This document shows, one piece after another, positions 11,269 to 24,855 of a stretch of 64,000 nucleotides of DNA (the first letter of the stretch is position 1; each line of letters begins with the position of its first letter). Origin of the DNA: Camelus ferus (taxonomy: Eukaryota); the NCBI RefSeq assembly GCF_009834535.1, contig NC_045697.1, forward strand, positions 109,804,001-109,868,000, given 5' to 3'. The notes beneath the pieces are model-generated. The model searched no databases. It was not told where the DNA came from and was given only the letters and a program-made list of their open reading frames with translations. The position numbers and the translations under genes are program-made.

Positions 11269-13577
11269 AATTTTTAAGTTGATGATCTCTTAAGTTCAAA
11301 TGTATTCTAGCTACTCTGCATTTTTACTCTCCTGTAATGCATTTAATGTTTCTGACATCATATTTTACATCTTTTCGTTTTGGGTATCTCTTAACAAATT
11401 GTGGATGTAGATGATTTTTGCTGCTTTTGCCTTCTAACCTCCTACCACCTTTATAAGGGGTTGATCTACTACATTTACTGTACATTTGCCTTTACCAATG
11501 AATGTTTTCCTTGTGTAACTTTCACACTTCTAGTTGTGGTCTTTTCTTTTCCACTTAGAGAAGTCCCTTTAATGTTTCTTGTAAAGCTGGCTGAGTGGTG
11601 CTTGTGCGCTCTTCTGGCTTTTGCTTGTATGTGAAAGTCTTTCTCTCTCCTTCATATCTGAATGATTGCCTAGCCAGTTAGAGCATTCTTGGTTCTAGGT
11701 TTTTTCCTTTCATCACTTTGAATATATCATGCTACTTGCTTCCGGTCTGCAAAATTTCTGCTGAAAAGTCAGCTGATAGTCTTATGGAAGTTCCCTTGTA
11801 TGTAACTAGTTGCCTTTCTCTTGCTGTTTTAATAATTCTCCTTTTTTTTAAAAAAAAAAAACTGCCATTTTAATTTTGATGTGTCTTGGTGTGGACTTCT
11901 TTGGGTTCATCTTGTTTGGGACTCTGTGCTTCCTGGAGCTGGAAGTCTGTTGTTTCCTTCCCCAGGTTATGGAAGCTTTCAGCTATCATTTCTTCAAGTA
12001 ATTTCTCTGCCCCTTTCTCTCCCTCTTATCATTATTTATTAATTAATATTATAATTAATATTATTAAGAGACTAAGAGGTGTCTTAAACTATCTTCACTT
12101 TCAAAAATTTTTTTTTCTTTTTTCTATTCAACTTGGGTGATTTTCATGACTCTGTCTTTCCATTTTGCTGACTCGTTCATCTATGTCATCTAATCTACTG
12201 TTGATTCCTTCTAGTATTTTAAAATTTAAATTATTGTATTCTTTAGTGCTGTTTGGTTCTTCTTAATAGATTCTAACTCTTTTTTTGAAGTTCTCACTGC
12301 ATTTATCCATTCTCTTCCTGAGCTTGGTAAGAGTCTTTATGATCATTACCTTGAACCCTTTGTCAGGTAGATTGCTTATGTCCACTTCATTTAGTTTGTT
12401 TTCTGAGGTTTTGCCTTCTTGCTTTGCTTGGAACATACTTTTCCATCTTTTCATTTTGCTTAATTCTCTGTGCTTATTGCTACGGAGAAGTGGTTTTATG
12501 TAGGGGATGCCCTATGGGGCCCAGCAGCACACCCCTCCAGTCACCAGGGCTATTGCTCTAGTGGTGCCCCTCATGCGGGCTGTACGGGCTCTTCTTTTGT
12601 AATGGGGCTGATTGCTGTGGCCACATTGGTGGGTGGAGCCAGTCCTGGGGCTAGTGCTGGTCCTGCTGGTGGGAAGAGCTGGATCCTGGGGTGGCTGGCT
12701 GTGTGGCCTGAGGCTGGTGCCAGCCTGCTTGTGGGCTAGTAAACCCTTGGCATTAATAAGCTAGAAGGATGATTCCAAGGTGGTACCTGTCAGCACCAAT
12801 CAATGTCTATAGTAGAATAAGCTCCAAAAAAAAAAAAAAAAAAATGCTGCCTTTAGCATTTATGTCCCCAGGGGTATCCCAGTTGCCTCTTGCTCTCTCC
12901 AAGAGTTTTTCCAAAATCAGCAAGTGGGTGTGAGCCAGGCTCTTTTCAAATTGCTGCTTTTGTGCTGAGACTCAGAGCATGTGAGGTTTTGTGCATGCTC
13001 TTTGATAGTGGAGACTCTGTTTCCTACAGCCCTCTGGCTCTCCCATACTTGAGCTCTGCTGGCCTTTGAAGCCAGACGTTCTGGGGGCTTGTCTTCCCCA
13101 TGCAGGAGCCCCTGACTGGGGAGCCCAATGTGGGGCTGAGACTCCTTGCTGCTTGGCAAAAACTCCTGCAATTGTGATTATCCTCCTGTCTGTGGGTCAC
13201 CCATTCAGGGGTATGGCTCTGGACTACATTGTATCTCCACCCCTCATACCTGACTCACTGTGGTTCCCTTCTTTATATCTTTAGTTCTAGAAAATCTTTT
13301 CTGCTAGTCTACGTGTTGGTCTCAAAAATAGTTGCTCTGTAAATAGTTGTGATTCTGGTGTGCCTGTGGGAGGAGGTGAGCTCAGGGTCTTCCTACTCTA
13401 CCATTGGCCACTACCTTTAAGTAGTTCAGGCGAGGGACTTAGCCATTTTCAATTTCCATGTCTTTATAGTAGACTTGTCATGAGGATTAAATGTCTACAC
13501 AAAGAAATGATATCCAGTACACAGAAGGCTCTCCATCATGGGGTTGTTTCTGGAGGAGCTGTTTGCTTTTAAAAAAA

Positions 13578-15770
13578 AATTATTGAGTTTCAATAATCCT
13601 TTGTATATTTTGGATTACAGTCCTTTACCAGATGTGTTTTTGTAAATATTTTATCCCAGTATGTGGCTTGTCTTCTCTTCTCATTCTCTTGACTTTGTCT
13701 TTTGCAGAGTAGAAGCTTTTAATTTTAATGACGTCCAGCTTATCATTGTTTTAAATGAATTGTGCCTTTAGTATTGTTTTTTTAAAAAAGTCATCTACAT
13801 AACCAAGGCCGTCTAGGTTTTTTCCTATGTTATCGTCTAAGCATTTTATAGTCCACTTTGAGTTAGTTTTTGTGATGGGTGTAAAATCTGTGTCTAGATT
13901 TATTTATATTTTTTGCATGTGGATGTCCAGTTGTTCCAGCATCATTTGTTGAAAAGAATATCTTTACTCCATTTGCATTGCCTTTGTTCTTTTGTCAAAG
14001 ATCTGTTGACTATATTTATTAGGGTCTATTTCTGGGCTCTCTATTCTGTTCCATTTATCTGTTTGTCTATTCTGTTGCCAGTACCATACTGTCCTGATTA
14101 CTGTAGCTTTATAGTAACTCTTAAAGTCTGGTAATATTAGTCTTCCAACTTTGCTCTCCTTCAATGTTGCATTCACTATTCTGGATTTTTGACCCTCCAT
14201 ATAAACTTTAGAATCAGTTTGTTGATACCCATAAAATAACTTGCTGGGATTTTGACTGGAATTGCATCATCTCTATAGATCAAGATGAGAAGAATTCACA
14301 TCTTGACAATATTGAGTCTTCTTATCCACAAACATGGAACATCTATTTATTTAGTTCTTTGATTTTGTTCATCAGAGCTTTGTAATTTTCCTGGATATAG
14401 ATTGTGTACATATTTTATTAGACTTATGCCCAAGTACTTCATTTTTGGAGATACTTATATAAATGGAACTGTGTTTTTAATTTTGAATTTCACTTGTTTA
14501 CTGATGATATATAGGAAAGCAATTGACATTCGTCTATTAACTTTGTATCTTGAAACTTTGTTATAATTGCTTATTATTTCCAGGAGTTTTTTGGTTAATT
14601 TTTTTTCACATGTTCTATACAAATCATGTTATCTGTGAACAAAGACAGTTTTATTTATTTCTTCCCAATCTGTATACATTTAATTTTTTTTCTTGTCTTA
14701 TTGCATTAGGTAGAACTTCCAGTAAGATGTTGAAAAGGAATGGTGAGAAGGGTTATCCTTTGCTTGTATCTAATCTTGGTGGGAAGGTTTTAAGTGTTTC
14801 ACTATTAAATATGGTGCAAGATGTAGGTCTTTTGTAGATAATCTTTATCAAGCTGAGGAAGTTTCCCTATTCCTAAGTTTATTGAGAGTTTTTATCATGA
14901 ATATGTGTTCAATTTTGTCAACTGCTTTTTCTGCAACTATTGATATAGTCATGTGATTTTTCTTTTTTAACCTATTGATACAATGGATTATGCTAATTGA
15001 TTTTTTAAATGTTGAATCAGACTTGTATGTCTTGGGGTAAATCCCACTTGGTTATAATATGTAATTCTTTTTATACACCATTGGCTTTGATTTGCTAATA
15101 TTTTGTTGAGGATTTTTACATTTATGTTTATGAGACGTACTGGTCTGTAGTTTTCTTGTAATGTTTTTGGTATAAGGGTAATACTGGCTTAGCAGAATAA
15201 GTCAAGAAGTATTCCATCTGCTTCTATCCTCTGAAAGAGATTGTGGAGAATTGGTAAAATTTCTTCCTTAAATCTTTGGTAGAATTCATCAGTGAACTCA
15301 TCTGGACCTGGTGCTTTTTGTTTTGGAAAGTTATTAATTACTGATTAAGTTTCTTAACAGACACAGGCCTATTCAGAGTGTCTATTTATTCTTGTGTGAG
15401 TTTTAGCAAATTGCGTCTTTCAAGGAATTGGTCCATTTTATCTATATTATCAAATTTGTGGGCATAGAGTTGCTCATAGTAACATTTCATTATTATTCTT
15501 TTAATGTCCTTAGAATCTATAGTGATAGCTCTTTTTTTCGCTTCTGATATTAGTAATTTGTGTCTTCTCTCTCTTTTTCTTAATTAGTCTGGCTAGTGGC
15601 TTACCAATTTTATTGATCTTTTCAAAAAACTAGGTTTGTTTTATTGATTTTCTCTATTGATTTCCTATTTTCAGTTTTACTGATTTCTGCTCTCTTAGTA
15701 TTTCCTTTCTTCTCCTTACTTTGGGTTTAATTTGCTCTTCTTTTTCTATTTTCCTAAGATGGATAATCTA
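13578..15770 (-). mobile_element. Old L1 ORF2 fragment (L1M-type)
   Basis: Peptide [40 protein letters not shown] (13964-14200, minus) is L1 ORF2; many stops and frameshifts. Confidence 0.9.
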
Positions 15771-15824
15771 CCATTTTTAAGTTGTCCTTCTGTTACCCCT
15801 GACTTAGTGTCCTGGATTCCCTTC

Positions 15825-16205
15825 TGTTATGGACTTAATTTTGTCTCCCTAAAATGTATATGGTGAAGTCCTCACCATAGTACCTCAGAATGTGACCTGA
15901 ACTGGATTCTTGTAGAGGTAATCAAGTTAAAATGAGATCATTACTGTGGGCCCTAATTCAAAATGATTGATGTCCTTATTAGAAAGGAAAATTAGGGGAC
16001 AGACATCCCAGGGAGAATGCCATGTGAACCTGAAGATGACCATCTACATGCTAAGGAGAGAGGCCTGGAACAGACCCTTTCCTCAGATCCCTGATAAAGC
16101 CAATTTGATTTCAGACTTCTGGCTTCTGTGAAGCATATATTTCTGTTGTTTAAGCCACCCAGTTTGTGGTATTTTGTTATGGCAGCCCCAGGAAACTAAA
16201 ATACC
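15825..16205 (+). mobile_element. MLT1 (MaLR) solo LTR
   Basis: tgttatggac...gaagtcct...gaggtaatcaagttaaaatgag...ttctgttgtttaagccacccagtttgtggtattttgttatggcagccc. Confidence 0.85.
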
Positions 16206-16809
16206 TCCTTTTCAGCAGAGATGCTATTGTCTGTCATCATTATTACTCACAAATCCCTTACCCAAGTCTACTTTTGTCACAGTTGTCTAGAAACTCACCC
16301 TTCTCCTTACTATTCTGGTTAAATCTAATTCTTTGTCTATTCCAGGCCTGAACTTAGCAGCAAAACACCATGGCAGCAAAATACATCCATGCCTACTGGT
16401 CTCAATTGTTATCCAGGTTAATTAACCTCAAGTGGCTCAGCTTCCATACTACATCTTCCTAGTATCCATTCAATCCCTCACCATCTAAAAGGACCACTAC
16501 AGACCTTCTGTTCTCTTTTCAATCTTCCAACATCCCCATCTCAGCCATATGCTCTGATGATGACCTTGCTGCCTTACTCACTGAATAAACAAAAGCAACT
16601 AGAAGAGAACTTCTGTATGCTCCCCACCACACTCACCCACCCACCTATATCTATATCAAGGTCCTCTGCTTTCTCTCTTTTTATAATGGATGAATCATCC
16701 ATGTTCTGTCTTCAGCCCACTCCTCCCTTTAGGCACCATATCCCATCCTTGCTTGCCTACTTAAGGACATGGTTTTAGTGATTATCTATGGCATCTTTCT
16801 CATCAGCCT

Positions 16810-17300
16810 TGTTATGGGCTGAGTTGTGTACTCCCCCAATTCATTTGTGAAGTTCTAAACCCCAGGATCTCAGAATGTGGCTGGAGATAAAGTCACTAAA
16901 GAGGTAATTAAGTTAAAATGAGGTCATTAGGGTGTGCCCTAATCCAATATGATTGGGGTCCTTTTACAGCCAGGAGATTAAGATACAGATATGCACAAAG
17001 AAAAGACAAAATGAAGACACAAGGAGTGGGGAAGGTATAGCTCAGTGGTAGATCACATGCTTAACACATTCGAGGTCCTGGGTTCAATCCCCACTACCTC
17101 CATTAAATAAAAAATTAAAAAAAAAAAAGACACAACAAGAAAATGGCCATCTTCAAACCAAGTAGAGTAACCTCAGAGGAAACCAACCTTACTGACATTG
17201 TAGAATCCTAGCTTCCAGAACTGTGAGAAAATAAATTTCTGTTGTTTGAGCCTCCTAGTCTGTGGTACTTTGTGATGGCAGCCCTAGCAAGCAGATACAA
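16810..17300 (+). mobile_element. MLT1 (MaLR) solo LTR
   Basis: tgttatgggctgagttgtg...gaggtaattaagttaaaatgaggtcattagggtg...cttccagaactgtgagaaaataaatttctgttgttt...gcagccctagcaa. Confidence 0.85.
17028..17128 (+). mobile_element. Vic-1-like tRNA SINE inserted in MLT1
   Basis: gggaaggtatagctcagtggtag...gaggtcctgggttcaatcccc plus A-tail; aagacacaa is repeated on both sides (probable TSD). Confidence 0.85.
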
Positions 17301-18989
17301 GCTTACAAACATGCTATAGTTTCTCTCACCTTAAATAGCCCTACCTTTCCTTGATTCCTCATCTCTCTTCAGCTGTTTCTTCATTCCTTTGTTCCTTTAC
17401 TGAAAAACGGAGCTTTCTGCTGTAGTTCTCCACTTCCTCTCCTCTCAGTTTCTTTTCTACCTCATTTTCTGATCTCTACGCACTGTCCCAGGGCTTAGTC
17501 CTTGAGCCTCTTTGATTTTCTCTCCTTACTTATTCCTTATGTGAATTCGTTACAGTCTCATGGTTCTTAGACACCACCTATAAGCTAGCAACAGCTCAAT
17601 CCATCTCTCCAAATATATCCAGAATCTGCCCAGTTCTTACCACTTCTGCAACCACCACTCAAGTCCAATCTTCCAACTTCTCTCATCAGAATTATTGCAA
17701 TTGCTGCCTAAATTTCGTGCTTCTCTCTTGCCTTTGCCATGGCCTACCACCTTCATTTTAACCTCAATATAGCAAATAGGTTGATCCCTTAAAAATATGT
17801 CAAATCCTATAACTGTTTGCCTTAGATATCTCCAATGGCTCATATCTAACTCAGAATAAAAGCCAGTCTTTTAGGTGCTAGAATCTGCTCCTTCACCCCC
17901 TGAATTCATTACCTCCCTGAGCACATCACTTTCCGTACTCCATCATCACTCGCTCAGCTCCAGCCATGCTGTTTTCCTTACAGTTTCTGAAGGATGTTGG
18001 GCGCTGTTTTACCTTGGCGTCTTTGCACCTGCTAACCTCTCTATCTGGAATGCTCTTCCCATGAGAGATAGCACTTATATTGTGCTCACAATGGGACAAA
18101 TCTATTCCAAATGGACTTGCAGCTATGAAAATACTTCGCAGATATGAACGCACTTCATCCGCATGTCCTCCTTTCAGATCTCTGCTCATTCTTCTCCTTG
18201 TCAGAAAGGTCCTTTCTGACTCCTTACATAAAAAAGTAACTCCCTCCCTGTCTGCCTCCCTCATCTCCCTATTCTCTACACTGTGTTTCTATCCATAGCT
18301 CTTATCATTATCAGTCATGAGATATATTTACTTGTTTGTTTTCTTATATGTTTTTCTTCATTGAAGTATCTGTAAACTTCCTGAGGCCAGGAACTTTATG
18401 AGTTTACTAGCTTGTTGAATCACTGACTGACTAGCTGAATTTTATACTTGATGCCACATACAAATCAACCTGTGATCTGCAATCCATTAACAAGGTCTCC
18501 TGGCTCTCTTTGGTGACCCTAGCATTGCATGTGCTTGCCAGCTCCTGAGGGTATGAAAGAAATAGGAGGAGATTTTGAAAAACATTGAAGTCACTGCTCT
18601 CAGAGAACTCTTTTGTCAGGCTGCTGAAAGTGTTCTAATACACATGACATAACACCATAATTTTGCTGGGTGGGGTTAGGGATGGATTTTAGAGAGCTGA
18701 CCCAGTCAGGCACAACTTCTGTAAGGAAGAGTATTTTGATCCTGGTCTTGAAGGATTTGATAGAAACTCAGTTTAAGCAGTGACACAGAGGTGGGAGAAA
18801 GGCCAAGGTTTCAAGAGCATACCTTTTTAAATGTTTGGGTATAGTCACATGCACATTTAACCACTTTTTGGTCCTACCACAAAGGTAAAGAATACACACA
18901 TACGCATATTTACAAAACAACCTACTAGTTTGTTCAATGTTTTGTAACTTTTAAAAGCTAACAATAGATTAATACCACCTTTCTGAGAT

Positions 18990-19300
18990 AAATCACATCC
19001 AATCTCACTGAATTTGTTTCCTCAGCTGTAAAATAAGCATAATGACACCTGCTCCATCAGGTTGGTAGAAGAGTTAGTACAATTTGTTGGGTTCAAATTC
19101 TGCTCTGCTACTTTCTGGCTATGTGACCTTGGGCAAGAAATGTAGTTTCTCTAGGCCTCAGTTTCCTCATATGTGAAATGGGGGTAATAGTAATCAGTTC
19201 CTAATAGAATTGTTTGAAGAATTGAATGAATGAATAGGTGTGAGGTACTAGAGCAGAGGCAAAGTCAGGGCTCTGTAAAGGTTGACTATCATTATTCTTA
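18990..19300 (+). mobile_element. MIR fragments
   Basis: gggttcaaattctgctctgctactt...tgtgaccttgggcaag...cctcagtttcctcatatgtgaaatgggggtaatag. Confidence 0.8.
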
Positions 19301-19433
19301 GGTGAGGATTAGCTATGACAATGCTTGTGAAAGTGATTTATCTCATTGCACAAATGGAGGAGGAGTTTCAAATGTGTATGTGTGGGTGTGTGCATTTTTT
19401 GGTCCTTGCCACAGCACTGAATAGTGGTAAAAA

Positions 19434-19435
<2 letters not shown>

Positions 19436-19500
<65 letters not shown>
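19436..19500. repeat. (TAA)n microsatellite, about 21 units
   Basis: Direct reading; it explains the poly-I/poly-L ORFs. Confidence 0.95.
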
Positions 19501-20437
19501 TCTGCTTTATTGTGTAGTTTTGTGGCATAAATGCAACAATACACACAAAGTGCTTTTTCCATTGACTTGACGTAGTAAGCACTTAATGAATGTCAGCAAT
19601 TATTATTAGCTCTTATGTGTGATGGATTCAAGTAACTGAGGCCACAGTATACCAGCACTATTAATTCCCCAAGTTTTACATCACAGTCTGACTTGTGTGT
19701 CCCTTTTGGCTAGTAAAGTGGATGGTTAGAAGTTGGGTAATAAGTCCCAGCCTTGGATGTAGCTTATTCTGCCTCATAACATGCAAACACTTAATACTAA
19801 TCTGGATTTTTCCCACCCTGGCTAATCATTGCTTCTCAAAAATGCTGACCAAATCTGAAAATAATCTTCAGATCTGCCATTAATTTAAGAAGTAATGCTT
19901 TCCAGTGTGGCTAGCTTTCTCAAACCATTCTCCCAGTGAATTACATTCATTACTGTGGTGGGTATTCATTTTTGTTAGATTAATCTTTTAAGAGTGAGTA
20001 ATAACCGTAAGAGTTGGAATATTTTTCCTTTCCGACTGGGGATGCAGTTTAGAAATTCCCATGGCCTGATGAGAAGAGCAGCGTTCTGCGGAACCGTCAT
20101 GGGGCACAATGAGAGGTGTCATCACTGCTACCTTTAAAGCAGTCGTGGTGATACTCGATGTGCTGTCCTGCCGTGTCTCTGGTTACACAGGCTCTCCAGA
20201 TGCTTCACTGAATCAGATGATAACATTTACCTGCTAACTGGCTCTCATGTAGTCTTTCCTCCGAGATTGGTTAAAAGCTAAATTGTACTATGTGTGTGTG
20301 TTTGATGACATATCAACCTACTCCAAAAATGTCATTTACCACATATGCCACATAAAACAGCTCTGTTTCTAGAACTATACATTAGTACCTAAACTCATGT
20401 GTTTTCCATAGAGACACATCTCTAGCAAATATGTTTA

Positions 20438-20572
20438 CTTTTTTATTGAAGGATAGTCAGTTTACAATGTTGTATTAATTTCTGGTATACAGCATAGTGT
20501 TCCATTTATACATATGTATAATTCCTTTTTATTTTTTTTTTCATTATAGGCCATGACAAGGTATTGAATATA
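20438..20572 (-). mobile_element. Short L1 3'-end insertion
   Basis: tttttattgaaggatagtcagtttacaatgttgtattaatttctggtatacagcatag; same family as 41624-41916. Confidence 0.7.
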
Positions 20573-21894
20573 CCTTTTATATGCAGGATATTTGATTGAA
20601 ATATTAAATTGTGTTTTATTTCTGTTACTCTAGGCTTTTGCTTTTGCCTCCGTCATGTACCCAGGCATTTATGCTCCCTTAGCTCAGGGGCTTTGGGGCT
20701 ACAGATGAAAAGGAGAGATTGCCAGGTGTCCACAAGGCAACTGCCTGTCTTGTCTTTGGCTTCTAAAAGCCCAGGCTCATTGAGAGAAATGATGTTGGGT
20801 TTTCAGTGAGGGAGAATATGGAGGGGAGTGTTTTGAGAGGTGGAAGCCATCGTCAGGAAAACCTGAGGGAGATTAGAGTCCCTGAGATGAGAGAGGATAG
20901 GGTTGGGTGAGGGTGTCTGTTTGTACAGCGACCCCTCTGTGGGTGACTGGGCGATGGATAAAGACCCCATTGTGCGCTCTTCAACCTTGAAAATGGCAGT
21001 GAGGCTCTCTGAGGACCAGTGCCCACTGAGAGGGCATCTCTGCATTTCCTGGGAGTCCAGTGGCGTCAGCTAGGAGAAAGGACAACAGGAATGGTGGCAG
21101 TATCAAAACTGACACCTCACTCAGTCTCCTGGCAGTGGGAGAGCCCCAGGCTGGAGTAGGACTCCTTTAGGGATTGGGGAGGGATTTGCAATACCCACAA
21201 GAGTTTGCCACTGACTTCGCTGAGTGAGAGGTCACAGCAGATTTATTGATTTAGAGAAATAATAGAATCTGAGATTTCCTGTATCCGAGTGTTGTGACAG
21301 GAAATCCATGCCTATTGCATTAATGATCCCATAAAAGGAAGGTGGTAACAGTGAGCGTATCCCCGCAGGTACCATGAAGTGTTGTGGCGTGGGTCAAGCA
21401 AGGTGCTCACTGTGGAACGCGTCCCGGGATGTATACAGCAAGCCTGGTCCCCTCCAAGAGGGAGGATCTAGCCATCTTTGTGTGACACTGTGCAGAAGAA
21501 AGCCTCTTAAATGGCCCCCAAACCAGGAGAGCTCTTACCCACCGTGAGTTCTCTCCTCTAAGGGGAGAGGCATGGAGGGAGGCACATTTTTTAAAGTGAC
21601 AGTGACGACTGGGCAGTGCTCTTAGGTCAATCTTGAAGCATTTGCTTTAAAGGACCTATTTCTCACTCCAGACTCTGGAAACACAAGCTTACTTTTGTCT
21701 CCGTAGGTCACCAGAAACAGATGGAACTTGCAGGCGTGAGGAGAAAGTGCAACATTCACTGGACAAACCTGAATATCATTTAAAAAAAGAGATTAAAAAG
21801 TAAAGGACACTTCCAACCTTATCAGCATCCATTTAAACCGCAGGTAAACTGATCTAAAACCTTTGCTGCCAGGGATCCGATCCTGGCTTTGTTT

Positions 21895-22308
21895 TAAAAA
21901 AAAGGATCGTGGACCCTTTCGGCAGCCTGGTGAAGCTTGTGGACTCTTTCTCAGAATGACATTTTAAAGCATTTAAATTTAAAAAGAAACAAATCACATT
22001 GAAACAGAATTATCAAGGCATTAAGAAGACACTATTGGGCTGTGTTAACGTTTTTGCTTCACAGATATCAGATACTAGTACGTAGCAACAGGTCTAACAA
22101 TTAACATAGTTTTGAAGTAGTGATGAGCAAAAGGTAAATTTTGAGAAATATGAAAATATCTGTGCTTTTGTTTGATGAGCAAGTCAAAAGAACTCTACTA
22201 ATGGAAGAAAATATTCATTTTGTGTTAGAAATGAGTGAAAATAAAGATTAATTTTCCCCACTCAAATTTGTCCATGTCCCAAATTCTATCAGATTAAGAA
22301 GCTTCTGG
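21895..22308 (+). mobile_element. hAT-Charlie non-autonomous DNA transposon (MER119-like)
   Basis: tggaccctttcggcagcctggtgaagcttgtggactctttctcagaatga...; ends gattaagaagcttctg; family assigned from recall. Confidence 0.5.
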
Positions 22309-24077
22309 TACATTTGGATGAAGATAGATAAATCTATTATGATGTGCGTGTGTGTGGAGGGGTGCGGGTATTGGAAGTTTGTTCTAGTTTAGACAAAATT
22401 TATGTTTTCTTCTCTGGCTGGACTATTTGTTTGCCACCTCCTGCGAGCTTTTTGTTTGTATTTTTACTTAGAAGATTTTTGTATTATTTCTAAATAAAAA
22501 CATAGGCTATAAAATATCTCTTTGAGAAGATTTTAGAGAGTGTGTTATGTTATATAAAAAGAAGCTTCTCTGAGTCTAGAGATGCTTCAAGCTTTTTCCC
22601 AGGGCCATTGGATTTGGCGACAACATCAGTCACTCTGGAGTCAGAAGAAATGGAAGCAGTGATCCAGAACAAAAGGGAAAAGAAATTGTCAAAGGCTTCT
22701 GCCTGGGAGAAGGAAAGGGGGTCAAGGGTCAGGCTGCCAAGAGAGACAAGACCTAAGCCTTCTGACTTATTCTGGTTCTTGGGGGGAGGATTGGATCTCT
22801 TCTGAGGGGATGGTGGTTTCATAATCAGAGTGAGCAGCATCACTGGCAAGCTGAAATATTGCTTTCAGAAGATTTGTTTCTCCAAGGGAGAACTGAATGT
22901 CTCTTAATGTGCTCTTTGAAGTTCCTTTGAGTTGTGGCCCTGTTTATTATTTTGCACAAAGACCAAACATCATGGACTTAGCTATTTTCCACGGCGGGAA
23001 TAGAATTCCACCATCAACAACGGGCGATTGTCTAAGCTTTGCAGCTGCGCTTCCGCAGCACGAGCCCTCTGCTTGGACACCTGTCTGAAGTGCGTTTCTG
23101 TGCACTGTTGGTTTCTCCTTCTTTCACATCCACCCACCCACCCACTTACACAGAGAAACACAGAGACCTCATCCATTGTCTGTTACACATACGTTCTATT
23201 ATTTTTGTCCATTACACTTGAATGTCATATTTTTCAGTTAGCGGAAATGGTTCTGGAAAAAAGCAAATGTCAAGTATTTTTACATGACCAATGCTGTTTT
23301 ATGGCAAAGCAAAAGCATGATTACATGGTGCCCGATGTGGCTGAAACACAAAATGACAATAAATGTGCAGTAGACACAAGCATGGTAACCTCACAGTATG
23401 TAGCACCAGGGAGATGAAGCTTTTAAATGTCTCACTAGTACAAGCTGGAGCCAGACACAGAAGTGAAATAAAGGGTTTATGTTCAGCTTAGATTCTAAGT
23501 AGCACGTCTGTTCCCAAGTACTCTGGACTATTCCCTATTGTGACATTTAAGCTGTTGATTTCAAGCATTCTGATTTCAAGCATAAACATCATTCAGTGTA
23601 TCCAACAAGCTTGTGGCCAGAGGAACCTCCTTCCAATAAAGACCTTGGAAGTAAGGATACAGGTGGGGCCGTGGGCGTCTCACCTTAGAGACACTTAGCA
23701 GTGGGTTCAGGGTCATGGAAAGGAGAGATAGGCACTTGGTCCTTGAAGGTTCTTCCCTGACAAGATGTGTGTTATCAAGTCTCAGGTCTACCATTCTCTC
23801 CCCTTTTCTAGAAAATTCCTTTCAGATGAAAAGTCAGCTTTAAAAAAATCTATTATGGACCAGTCTCTCAAGACATTTTATTCTGCAGAGAATAAACTGC
23901 TGGCCAGCAAAGCTAACTGCATTCATTTGATCTTCAAGTTCTGCATTCTGGAGATTTAAGGTCCTTGCATTTTTTAAAAAGTCTGGAAATTCCATTTTTC
24001 TCCTACTAATTGGGATTGCGGGAAACAGAAGCCTCCTTCCTCTTTAATTTACCTTTCTTCTCTTTGGATATCCGGAT

Positions 24078-24113
24078 ATTTTATTTTATTTTATTTTATT
24101 TTATTTTGTTTTA
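24078..24113. repeat. (TTTTA)n microsatellite
   Basis: Direct reading. Confidence 0.9.
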
Positions 24114-24830
24114 ATGACTACTGGCTTTAACCACAGGATCAACTGCTTGTATTAGTCATTCATTTGGAAACAGTCCAGTGGAAACCTGAACTCAGATCAT
24201 CAAGGTGACTGGGAAAGTAGAGATTAAACTAGCTCATGTTTCCTTCCTAAATAGACTCAACACGACTTTGAATCATAGATCTTTGCCTCATTTAACCCTT
24301 TGAGGGTTAAATTTTGCTGTAAAATGAGCTAATAGTAAACTAGAACCAGAGTTTCCTTTATTGGACTTATTGTCCAAATGGCGACAGGAGGAAAAGAGAA
24401 TTTTCTGATTCACAAAAAGGGGCCCACTGTTTAAAGACTTCCAAGTAGCATTTTCCCAGACACGATCTCAACAATAGTCATTCTTTGGGGGCAAAAAAGT
24501 TTGAATACCGAAGATTGTTCACCCCACTTTGGGGATAGGAAAGCTACGGCTGAGGTAGAGACAGCACGTAGCTGGGCAGCTTGGGGCTCTGAGGTGCTCA
24601 AAATGGGACACAGACTCTCCACCCTGGGCTCAGCTCTGCGCACATCTGTTACATTGTAAGATGTCCTTTCACTTGATTAAAAAAAAAAGCAGGACACACT
24701 CTTCTAAAGAAGACCCTGTGGTTCACATTTGGGTGACTGTGGGACCGCTTCTGAGCAGGGTGTGCTCAGGGTCCCTTGCCATGATGGCCAGTTTAGTTTT
24801 TATTAAGCCACTTAGTGGTGGTGTTGGAAA

Positions 24831-24855
24831 AACAACAACAACAACAACAACAACA
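24831..24855. repeat. (AAC)n microsatellite
   Basis: Direct reading. Confidence 0.9.

Larger units (their letters stand above)
9862..13410 (-). mobile_element. Degenerate L1 with 5'UTR, ORF1 and part of ORF2 (RT); internally deleted and lacking its 3' end
   Basis: RT motif peptide [18 protein letters not shown] (10017-10205, minus); ORF1-like LNEVDISNLPDKGFKVMIIKTL (12263-12454, minus); GC-richer 5'UTR at 12470-13410. Confidence 0.85.
16330..18430 (+). mobile_element. L2 LINE fragments, interrupted by an MLT1 LTR
   Basis: gatgaccttgctgccttactcactgaa; ctcagctccagccatgctg...tggaatgctcttccc; 3' end tgtaaacttcctgaggccaggaac...tgttgaat. Confidence 0.7.

Noticed and set aside
17028..17100. tRNA-Ala gene (also 11040-11110, 39790-39866, 56505-56578)
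   Set aside because: A-rich tails, TSDs, mutually diverged copies and broken stems indicate tRNA-derived SINEs.
19315..19582. Poly-Ile/poly-Leu membrane peptide ORFs
   Set aside because: These are translations of a (TAA)n microsatellite.
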